A stretch of DNA of 49,136 nucleotides from an uncultured Acidobacteriota bacterium (GTDB taxonomy: Bacteria > Acidobacteriota > Blastocatellia > RBC074), in NCBI GenBank assembly GCA_903828635.1, contig CAIKMY010000390.1, positions 1-49,136 of the forward strand, read 5' to 3'. Position 1 is the stretch's first letter; every line of letters starts with the position of its first letter. This document shows positions 21,252-29,131 of the stretch, piece after piece. A program made the position numbers and the translations under genes. The notes under the pieces were generated by a model. The model did no database searches. It was given only the letters and a program-made list of their open reading frames with translations, and was not told the origin of the DNA.

Positions 21252-21321
21252 TATCTGAAGACACATTAGCATTCTTATGAGAACAGAGTGTAAGAGAGAG
21301 AAACCCGACTTTCAACCCTGT
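21252..21321 (+). repeat. dispersed repeat family R1, copy A (second copy at 45853..45921)
   Basis: The core cttatgagaacagagtg-aagagagaaacccga-ttt-aac-ctgt is shared by the two loci in the same orientation. About 85 percent identity by hand alignment over ~47 nt, with weaker similarity extending ~22 nt to the left. Confidence 0.85.
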
Positions 21322-21449
21322 GGACAATGGGTAATCATTCGCCTGAAAGTGCTCAGGATCGGCGCAAAGCTGCAAGTCACCATTTGACCAGCAGGTGAAT
21401 GAGGATTATTGGGAGAGATTGCGAAATGGTTGATCCCTCGATCGGGTGT

Positions 21450-21558
21450 ATGCCCCAACGGGGCATTGCATACCAGCCCGGGGTGAAACTCCGGGCAGAA
21501 GTGGCGCACAATTCAGGCGTTCTGAAGGAACGCCGCGTAACGGATCAAGTTTGAGACC
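21450..21558 (+). repeat. dispersed hairpin-rich repeat family R2, copy A (other copies at 43897..44005 and 44027..44062)
   Basis: Three consecutive hairpins: atgcccc-aac-ggggcat (21450-21466), gcccgg-N9-ccgggc (21476-21496), and ggcgttc-tgaag-gaacgcc (21517-21535). The 36-mer 21501-21536 recurs in reverse complement at 44027-44062 with one mismatch. Confidence 0.85.
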
Positions 21559-21816
21559 GGCGAGAGGTCAGCCCAAGGTCGAAAGGAGAACCGGAATAAT
21601 CAATTAGGAAATGGTTAACATATGAGTGTGATTAGCCGATTTTGATGTATATTGACAAACTGGCAATGTCGGAGTTTTGCCAACTCCGGTCTGCCGCAAC
21701 CCGACCTCGACCATACCCTCTGCCCCTCGAGCCAATCGACCAAGGGTCTGGTCAGGTATCAATAAGAAATATCGACGATGGTGATCAGAGTCTCACATTA
21801 ATACTGAGGAACCGTA

Positions 21817-24800
21817 ATGAGCACGGTATTCATCTCGTACAGTCAGAAGGACAAGAAGGTCGCCGCGAAGGTCAGGGCGACCCTTGAAGCAAATGGTATC
21901 AGTGTGACGATTGATTCTGAGTCAATGGCCGCCGGAGGCAACATCCGCGAGTTCATCGACCGGGCGGTTCGTGACACTCAGGTGACGCTCTCGATTGTCT
22001 CAAAGAACAGCCTCTCCTCTGACTGGGTGGCACTGGAGACAATGGAGTCTTTTGGGGCTGAGAAGTTTGTGAAAGGGAAAAGGTTCATCGCCTGTTATAT
22101 CGACAGGGAGGTTTTCAAGGATACATTTCTGGGAAATACGGTTAATAGTATTCAAATACAGATCAATGCGCTGAACCAGGAGATTTCAAAGCTCGGAGAG
22201 TTGGTCGATCCTGTTCCTCTTCAAACTAAAAAGAGCCGTAAAATCAAGCTGAGGGACAATCTTCCTCATATACTTGATCGACTGAATAATGACCTGACAC
22301 TTGACATCCGTAAAGCTGCATACGAGACCAGCATGCAGCGGATCATCAAAGAGATCAAAGACCTGCCAGATCCTATCCAACCCGGAGGCGGATTTTCATC
22401 TCCGATGGACAGGTTTGCCGAGGCATTCGCTAAAAAGATCAAAACCGACAAGCGCCAGCTTGATGAACGATTTGTCCAACTGACCCTGATGCTGGATCGC
22501 GGAGACGAAGCGACCGAAAAGTGGGAGCGCAAATCGCTGCAAAAACTGGATGACCTGCTCAAGATCAATCAGGATGAGTATCCGGTGATGGTGATCCTTG
22601 GAGCACCCGGGTCAGGTAAATCGACTCTGCTGCGGCGACTTGAGGTTGACTACCATCGGGACCAGACCAGTGCGGGTGATCTGGGGATTTCATTCTTCGC
22701 ACCTCTCAACAGGTATCGCCCATTTTCACGTGACAAACAGCCCGTTTCACCGCAGCAATTTCTTGAATCGATCTGGAACGAGTCTTACCAGAAGACCGGG
22801 TTGTCATTGGAAGACTGTCTGAAAAAGGGAAAGGTTCTGTTGCTGCTCGATGCCATCAATGAACTTCCGCACGGCAGCAAAGAGGAGTATCAGGAGCTGT
22901 TGGATTACTGGCGAGAATTTGCGATCGCACAGATGAAACTGGAGAATCGGGTGATCTTCAGTTGCCGCAGTCTCGATTACAGTCAATCGCTCAGCCGGCC
23001 TGATCTGCGTGTGCCCAATGTCGAGCTTCAACCATTGACGAAAGAAAAGATTGCCGAATTCCTGCAGGCCTATCTGTCTGAAGGTCACGATGAAGTGTTT
23101 GAGTCAATGGAACAGAATAAGACTCTGGATTTTTACAACAATCCCTTCTTTCTGAGTCTGCTTTGCCAACAGATTGGTACCAGTAAGGAGGTTCCAAAGG
23201 GCAGGGCGTCACTCTTTACCGGCTTCGTTCGGAATACTTTGAGAAGGGAGATGCACACTGCACTCTTCACCTCAGAAGAGTTCCTCTCTGAGTTTGATCA
23301 GGAAAAACTGACCCTGAATAAATGGGCAAATCCATTTCAGCTACCCGACGATGGTCCGCTCCCTGACAAACTGAGCCACCTTGCATACGAGATGCAGCAG
23401 AGCGGGAAGCGAAGAGAGAACAAACAGGTCTGTATCGATGTGAAGAAGGCGGTCGAGCTGGTTGGTGCGGGTAAAACCGGAAACGGCATTATCAAGGGTG
23501 GGCTGGCGATCAGCGTCCTTGATAAAGATGTGGGAAGAGGAGAGGTGACCTACTATCACCAGCTACTGCAGGAGTACTTTGCAGGACGCCGGCTGGCCAC
23601 TGATCCCAAGCCGGAGCTGGTAAGCGTGGAGTGGAGAGCCAGCGATGTTCGCCCGAGCCTTGAGGAGACGATCGCCGGACTGGCCAACGGAGATCCGCTG
23701 CCACCACCGGGGCAGACCGGATGGGAAGAGACTACGCTCGCCGCGCTGCCAATGTCGGATGATCCGGAAGGCTACGTCACGAGGCTGATCGAGTACAACC
23801 TGCCACTGGCCGCAAGATGTGCCATTTCGCCAGAGGTCAGGATCTCAGACAAGACAAAGAACCTGATCCGCGAGAAGCTGGTGAACCGGACTCAGGATAT
23901 GACGGCCGATCTGCGGGCGAGGATCACCGCTGGTGAGGCACTCGGGTTGATTGGAGATCCGCGGTTTAAGCCATATCCCAGTGACAAACCTGTGTGTCTG
24001 CTGCCGCTGATGGCCGATATACCAGCGGGGGTCTATCCGATCGGTGATGACCAGAGTGGTTATGCTGCTGAAAGACCAGCGCACAAGGTTCAATTGCCAG
24101 CTTACCAGATCGGAGTCTACCCGGTAACCAATGCCGAGTATGCCCGGTTCATCGAGGCCGGTGGGTATGAGGATGAGAGATGGTGGGATACTGTTGCGGC
24201 ACGACGCTGGCTGCGCGAGGGAGGAGCGGAGGATCAGAAACAAGCCTTTCGCGATCAACGTCGAAGATGGCAGAACGACTGGACTGATGATGAGATCAGG
24301 GCGCTGGTCAGCCAGAAGCGAGCCACGGAGGAACAGGTGGAGTATTATCTCTGGAGAAGAAATTCATCGGATGAAGAGTTTGAAAGACAAATTGACGAGT
24401 GGTTTCCTGCAGGAAATTTTGACCGGACACCGAGATATTGGGAGGACGCCAGCTACAACAGCCCGGGGCAGCCAGTCGTGGGAGTGAGCTGGTACGAGGC
24501 ACGAGCCTACTGCAAGTGGATCAGCCACGTAACGGGTGTGGAATACCGGTTGCCGACTGAGGTGGAGTATGAGGCTGCTGCCAGCGGCTTGGAAGGCAGA
24601 GAGTATGCCTATGGCAATGAATTCGATTCGAGCAGGTGTAATACCTTCGAGAGCCATATCCGCCGACCAACTCCGGTTGGCATATTTGACAACCGGACGC
24701 CGGAGGGAGCATACGACCTGACGGGAAATGTCTGGACGTGGACCTCGACAATCTATGATCAGAAGAGTTATGCCTATCCATACCGCGCAGATGATGGAAG

Positions 24801-25020
24801 GGAAATGGTGGAGACGACAGTGGGAAGCGAAGAAGGGAGCGGTGGTGAAAAACGTGCATTGGCCGCGAACCGTGTCTTCCGCGGCGGCAGCTGGCACCGC
24901 CACGCCGTCTACTGCCGCTCGGCTTACCGCAACTGGACCGCGCCGGGCGGCCGCGACGACCGCCTCGGCTTCCGCCTTTCGAGGACTTTACCGTTGGCCC
25001 TCTTTACCCTTGGGACATGA
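21817..25020 (+). CDS. TIR domain / NACHT-like STAND P-loop NTPase / FGE-sulfatase (SUMF1-type) domain protein; candidate NLR-like defence protein
   Basis: GAGGA SD at 21806-21810. TIR: MSTVFISYSQKD...SSDWVALE (Glu74 at 22036-22038). Walker A GAPGSGKST (Lys268 at 22618-22620), Walker B LLLLDAINE (Asp345 at 22849-22851), then VIFSCRS. C-terminal FGE-type motifs RPAHKVQLPAYQIGVYPVTNAEYARF, VVGVSWYEARAYCKW, YRLPTEVEYEAAA, FRGGSW and LGFRLSR. Confidence 0.9.
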   Translation: MSTVFISYSQKDKKVAAKVRATLEANGISVTIDSESMAAGGNIREFIDRAVRDTQVTLSIVSKNSLSSDWVALETMESFGAEKFVKGKRFIACYIDREVFKDTFLGNTVNSIQIQINALNQEISKLGELVDPVPLQTKKSRKIKLRDNLPHILDRLNNDLTLDIRKAAYETSMQRIIKEIKDLPDPIQPGGGFSSPMDRFAEAFAKKIKTDKRQLDERFVQLTLMLDRGDEATEKWERKSLQKLDDLLKINQDEYPVMVILGAPGSGKSTLLRRLEVDYHRDQTSAGDLGISFFAPLNRYRPFSRDKQPVSPQQFLESIWNESYQKTGLSLEDCLKKGKVLLLLDAINELPHGSKEEYQELLDYWREFAIAQMKLENRVIFSCRSLDYSQSLSRPDLRVPNVELQPLTKEKIAEFLQAYLSEGHDEVFESMEQNKTLDFYNNPFFLSLLCQQIGTSKEVPKGRASLFTGFVRNTLRREMHTALFTSEEFLSEFDQEKLTLNKWANPFQLPDDGPLPDKLSHLAYEMQQSGKRRENKQVCIDVKKAVELVGAGKTGNGIIKGGLAISVLDKDVGRGEVTYYHQLLQEYFAGRRLATDPKPELVSVEWRASDVRPSLEETIAGLANGDPLPPPGQTGWEETTLAALPMSDDPEGYVTRLIEYNLPLAARCAISPEVRISDKTKNLIREKLVNRTQDMTADLRARITAGEALGLIGDPRFKPYPSDKPVCLLPLMADIPAGVYPIGDDQSGYAAERPAHKVQLPAYQIGVYPVTNAEYARFIEAGGYEDERWWDTVAARRWLREGGAEDQKQAFRDQRRRWQNDWTDDEIRALVSQKRATEEQVEYYLWRRNSSDEEFERQIDEWFPAGNFDRTPRYWEDASYNSPGQPVVGVSWYEARAYCKWISHVTGVEYRLPTEVEYEAAASGLEGREYAYGNEFDSSRCNTFESHIRRPTPVGIFDNRTPEGAYDLTGNVWTWTSTIYDQKSYAYPYRADDGREMVETTVGSEEGSGGEKRALAANRVFRGGSWHRHAVYCRSAYRNWTAPGGRDDRLGFRLSRTLPLALFTLGT

Positions 25021-25301
25021 AACAAAGGCCGATAGCGGGGAGCAAGAGGCCGCGCCGGGGTGGGAAGCGGGCGAGGCGAGAGCCGACCGCCCCACCACGG
25101 CTCGGCCGGAGAGACGTCCTGCATGATCACCCCGAAGAAGGACCGTCGGGAAAAGAAGCAAAAGAAGGTGGATAAAAAAGGGACAGAGAAACAAAGGCCC
25201 GCAAAATGGAGCGAAGCGGAGCGGAGCGGGAAAAATTTAGTTTCCAGGTCAACGACAGTGCCTGCCCGGGATCTCGCGTCTTCAGACGAGGACCCGGAGC
25301 G

Positions 25302-26135
25302 TTAGTCTCTGTTGTCAGGTCCTCTCTCTTCCCGCAACACCTGATGAATAGTCCTGATCAGTCGTTCGTGAATCGGACCGTTGCTGGCGAGGACACCGTG
25401 CCGATTGCGGACCCCCTCGGCACCATACTGAAGAGGATCTCCGTTGATGTCGGTGACGAGGCCACCAGCAGCACACAGGATCGCTTCGGGGCCACAGGTA
25501 TCCCAGACATTGGTCTTCTGTCCGGGATGAAGGTAAATATGAGCCAGACCCTCGGCAAGCATCCCCATCTTCAGCCCGACGCTGCCGGAAGAGACGCGGC
25601 TGCCAACCCCGAGTCGATCGAGAATGTCATCGACGATCGGGCTCTTGTGAGAGCGGCTCATTGCCACCGTCATCGCGTTCGGCTGTTGCTCGGTGGAGAC
25701 ACGCAGCCGACGGGTCGACCAGTTCTCCTCGACAAAGGCTCCCAGTCCCGATGCCGCATAAAAGATCCGTTTTCGAGGGGCGTGACAGACGACCCCGAGG
25801 GATGGTACTCCGCCAATCGTCAGGCCAATCTGGATGGCAAACTCGCCAATCCCCTCGATGAACTGTTTGGTTCCATCGATCGGGTCGATCATCCAGACGC
25901 GTTCGTGGCGTAAACGTGAGCCATCGTCCGCCTCCTCCTCCGAGAGGACGGCGTCACCGGGAAAGGCCTGAGACAGTCGATCTACCAGCAACCTGCTGGC
26001 TGCGTGATCGGCCACGGTCACCGGATCGTCGATATCCTTCCATTTGACCTCAGCGCCGGTGTGATAGTAGCGCATCACAATCTCGCTCGCTTCACGGGCA
26101 AGGCCAAGAGCTGTTTCAAGTTCGTGTTCAAGCAT
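25302..26135 (-). CDS. inositol monophosphatase family protein (IMPase/CysQ-like)
   Basis: WMIDPIDGTKQF and VWDTCGPEAILCAAGG signature motifs. The ORF extends to 26231, but the internal Met (MLEHELETAL...) gives a normal-length protein and avoids overlapping the divergent neighbour. Confidence 0.85.
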   Translation of the reverse strand: MLEHELETALGLAREASEIVMRYYHTGAEVKWKDIDDPVTVADHAASRLLVDRLSQAFPGDAVLSEEEADDGSRLRHERVWMIDPIDGTKQFIEGIGEFAIQIGLTIGGVPSLGVVCHAPRKRIFYAASGLGAFVEENWSTRRLRVSTEQQPNAMTVAMSRSHKSPIVDDILDRLGVGSRVSSGSVGLKMGMLAEGLAHIYLHPGQKTNVWDTCGPEAILCAAGGLVTDINGDPLQYGAEGVRNRHGVLASNGPIHERLIRTIHQVLREERGPDNRD

Positions 26136-26258
26136 ATCAATCAGGGAGTCACTCTCTCCACGACGAGAGTGGCTGTCCGGTTTACGTAATCGTTGACTTC
26201 CCGAAGACCGGTTTCTATACTGCCGCTGCAATCAGATGCGACCACCGGAGGAAGCGTG

Positions 26259-26888
26259 ATGAAACTTTACGACATCACCGTTCCGATTACTAATGACATG
26301 CCGGTCTATCCCGGAGATCCTCCGGTGGGAGTGTCGTGCGTTCAGTCACTTGAGGCCGGTGATATCGCCGCGGTTTCGCACCTCAGCTTCAGCTCGCATG
26401 CCGGGACGCATCTCGATCCACCTGCCCATTTCATCCCGGGAGGCGTGACGCTCGACCGTTTGCCGCTCGAAATACTGCTTGGCCCGTGTCGCGTGCTGGA
26501 GGTGCTGGATGTCGATGTCATCGATGCCGCCTGGCTCAGGAGTGCCTCGTGGGAGGGAGTGACGCGGCTGCTCTTCAAAACGCGCAACTCGCGTTTCTGG
26601 CCTGCTGAGAGAAGCTTTCGCCGCGACTATGTGTATATTGAATCTGACGCCGCACGGTTGCTGGTCGAGCGCGGTGTGCGCCTTGTCGGTATCGACTATC
26701 TCTCCGTCGAGAAGTTTGATTTCGAGCAACCGGAGACTCACCTTGAATTGCTGGGGCACGGCGTGATCATCGTCGAGGGGCTCGATCTCTCCGCTGTCCC
26801 GCCCGGCGATTACGAGCTGATCTGCCTCCCGCTGAAGATCAGGGATGGTGATGGCGGGCCGGCGCGGGTCATTCTTCGCCAGAGTTGA
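26259..26888 (+). CDS. cyclase family protein (kynurenine formamidase KynB-like)
   Basis: HAGTHLDPPAHF metal-binding motif. The ATG at 26259 is preceded by GGAGGA. Confidence 0.82.
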   Translation: MKLYDITVPITNDMPVYPGDPPVGVSCVQSLEAGDIAAVSHLSFSSHAGTHLDPPAHFIPGGVTLDRLPLEILLGPCRVLEVLDVDVIDAAWLRSASWEGVTRLLFKTRNSRFWPAERSFRRDYVYIESDAARLLVERGVRLVGIDYLSVEKFDFEQPETHLELLGHGVIIVEGLDLSAVPPGDYELICLPLKIRDGDGGPARVILRQS

Positions 26889-26949
26889 GACGACAATCAT
26901 TTGCAGTACTTTTTTTACCACTTTGTTCAAGTCAGGAAAGGACAGCTTT

Positions 26950-27402
26950 ATGTCGACACAGATTGAATCAACGATTGCCAACTGGAATCGCATTCACAAG
27001 CAGACGACACGCGTCATGGCGATTGCACCGAACGACCAGTATGGCTGGCGCCCCCACGAGACGGCCATGACGCTCGGTGAGCTGATGAATCACCTCTTTC
27101 AGTCAGAGATGGGATTGGCCGATGCCGTGGTCACGGGAGTCTACCCGAAGGAGTTTCCGTCATATTCACAGACGGCTGAACTGATCGAGGCCTTCGACAA
27201 ATCGCATGCCGAGGGAGTCGCCAAGGTGACGGCACTCTCGCCGGAGGCTTTGCAGGAGGAGATTACTCCCTTCGGTCCGCAGTGGCAGGTACCGCGGATG
27301 GTGGTACTCAACCTCGCACTGGAGCACGAGATTCATCACCGCGGGCAGCTCTACACCTACCTGCGGATTCTCGGCTGCGAGCTGCCGTCGCTTTTCGGGT
27401 AA
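26950..27402 (+). CDS. DinB/YfiT-like metal-dependent superfamily protein
   Basis: C-terminal LEHEIHHRGQLYTYLR motif. The ATG at 26950 follows AGGAAAGGA. Confidence 0.8.
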   Translation: MSTQIESTIANWNRIHKQTTRVMAIAPNDQYGWRPHETAMTLGELMNHLFQSEMGLADAVVTGVYPKEFPSYSQTAELIEAFDKSHAEGVAKVTALSPEALQEEITPFGPQWQVPRMVVLNLALEHEIHHRGQLYTYLRILGCELPSLFG

Positions 27403-27408
27403 CCCGGC

Positions 27409-27801
27409 ATGGTCTCGATCAACCAGCGGCCGCGTGAGGCTCCGAGCTATCGTCAGCGGGTCTATGATCTGGTCTTGCGCATCCCGGCAGGGCGTGTCAT
27501 GTCATACGGCCAGATCGCACGGGTTCTCGGCATCGGTTACGATGCCCGGGCAATCGGCAACATCATGCACGCGACTCCTGACGATGAGCCTGCGATTCCG
27601 TGGCATCGCGTGATCAATGCGCAGGGAGGCTGCTCAACCTCGGGCCTGACGCTGCCACCTGACCTGCAACAGCGTCTGCTTGAGGCTGAGGGAGTCGTCT
27701 TTAACGAGAAGGGGCGCTGCCGCATCAGCGAGTATCTCTGGTACCCTCCCGAGTACCATCCCACGGAGTCGCCGGAGTCGCCGCTCTTTCCGATGAATTA
27801 G
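27409..27801 (+). CDS. alkyltransferase-like protein (MGMT/Ogt DNA-binding domain with Trp replacing the acceptor Cys)
   Basis: YGQIARVLG helix-turn-helix region, and IPWHRVIN in place of the canonical IPCHRV motif (TGG at 27601-27603). 130 aa. Confidence 0.82.
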   Translation: MVSINQRPREAPSYRQRVYDLVLRIPAGRVMSYGQIARVLGIGYDARAIGNIMHATPDDEPAIPWHRVINAQGGCSTSGLTLPPDLQQRLLEAEGVVFNEKGRCRISEYLWYPPEYHPTESPESPLFPMN

Positions 27802-27831
27802 CGGACGGCCCGGTGTGAGGGAAGGTGGATA

Positions 27832-28458
27832 ATGGCGCGAAGGTTGACATCAATTCTCTCTCTTCCTGTTCTGGTGTTGTCGATATTGGCGGCAGGGCGC
27901 GATACCGTTTACCTGATCGATCCCACGCAGAGCCGGGTAACGGTAACGCTGAAGCAGGATGGACTGATGTCAGGCCGCTATCCGACTCACCAGGTGGCCG
28001 TTCGCGAGTTCAGCGGGCGTGTTGAGATCCCCTCGGGCAACGAATCTCGCATGCGGGCTGGTTTTGAAGCGGTCGGATCTTCATTCGTCAATATCGACGA
28101 GAAGATGAGCGAATTTGAGCGGCGCGAATTTCACCGTGTGCTGCGGGATCTCGTTCTGGAGATCGGTCGCTATCCGACCATCGGCTTTACCAGCACCGGA
28201 GTCAGCGGGCTGCGGCGTGAAGGGGCGCAACGTCGTTTCATGCTCAGCGGCGAATTACGGTTGCACGGCGAAGTCCGTGGGGTCTCATTTCCCGTGGAGG
28301 CGCAGTTTGACGGGGATTGGCTGACGGCCGAGGCCACGACGACTCTCAGGCAGACCGATTACAAGATTACTCCATACACCGGCGCGCTCGGTGCCATCAA
28401 AATTGGTGACGAGGTTGTCGTCACCTTCAAGCTGGTTGCAAAGCGTGCCCGGCAGTGA
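27832..28458 (+). CDS. YceI family periplasmic protein
   Basis: Signal peptide. LRLHGEVRGVSFPVEA...LRQTDYKITPY...IKIGDEVVVTFKLVA is typical of YceI. Confidence 0.82.
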   Translation: MARRLTSILSLPVLVLSILAAGRDTVYLIDPTQSRVTVTLKQDGLMSGRYPTHQVAVREFSGRVEIPSGNESRMRAGFEAVGSSFVNIDEKMSEFERREFHRVLRDLVLEIGRYPTIGFTSTGVSGLRREGAQRRFMLSGELRLHGEVRGVSFPVEAQFDGDWLTAEATTTLRQTDYKITPYTGALGAIKIGDEVVVTFKLVAKRARQ

Positions 28459-29102
28459 GGCTGACGGTGAGAAAAATATCGATTATTGCGCTGACACTGC
28501 TGCTATGGCTGCCGGCAATGGCTGGCCAGGCACAGGCGCCACGAGTTCTCGTCTTCAACGTTATTCCTGCGGAGAGCAGTTTTAACGTCTTCGTCGCCAA
28601 GGCCGGGTTGCTCAGTCTTCTTGCCCATGATCACAACATGGGCATCAAATCCTTCAGCGGGACTCTGCGCATGCCGGAGAAGGCGATCGGCGGTTCAAGC
28701 CTGCGAATGGAGGTCGATACACGCTCGCTGGTGGTCCTTGACGCCAATATCAGCGAGGGTGATCGGGCGAAGATCACCCGCTCGATGCATGAAGAGGTGC
28801 TCGAATCGACCAGGTATCCGCTGGCGACTTTCGATTCGGCAGCAGTCGCAGATCTGCAAACGACTGCCGATGGTCAGCAGCACCTTCGCCTCAGCGGTGA
28901 CCTGATGCTGCACGGCGTGACGCGGCGGATTACGATCCCGGTCACCGTCAGACTCGAAGGCGGGCGGCTGCAGGCCAGCGGCAAATATACCCTCAGGCAG
29001 AGCGACTTTGGCATCCGGCCATACTCGACTGCCGGCGGGGCAATCAAGGTGAAGGACGAGGTTGTCCTCAACTTCCGTATCGTCGCACAGCTCTCATCCT
29101 GA
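28455..29102 (+). CDS. YceI family periplasmic protein (paralog)
   Basis: GTG start overlapping the upstream stop (GTGA). Signal peptide. LMLHGVTRRITIPV...LRQSDFGIRPY...IKVKDEVVLNFRIVA. Confidence 0.82.
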   Translation: MRLTVRKISIIALTLLLWLPAMAGQAQAPRVLVFNVIPAESSFNVFVAKAGLLSLLAHDHNMGIKSFSGTLRMPEKAIGGSSLRMEVDTRSLVVLDANISEGDRAKITRSMHEEVLESTRYPLATFDSAAVADLQTTADGQQHLRLSGDLMLHGVTRRITIPVTVRLEGGRLQASGKYTLRQSDFGIRPYSTAGGAIKVKDEVVLNFRIVAQLSS

Positions 29103-29131
29103 AAAGCGCGGGCAGTGCAGGGAGGTTTCTC

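Noticed and set aside
21642-21887. 81-aa ORF overlapping the start of the TIR-NACHT-FGE gene
   Set aside because: No SD; out of frame with and overlapping a gene that has a strong SD and a clear TIR N-terminus.
25060-25305. 81-aa Lys/Arg/Glu-rich ORF in the spacer after the TIR-NACHT-FGE gene, considered as a possible partner gene
   Set aside because: GTG start without an SD. The low-complexity translation is driven by the purine-rich DNA, and the ORF's last 4 nt overlap the convergent IMPase gene's 3' end. It is most likely non-coding.
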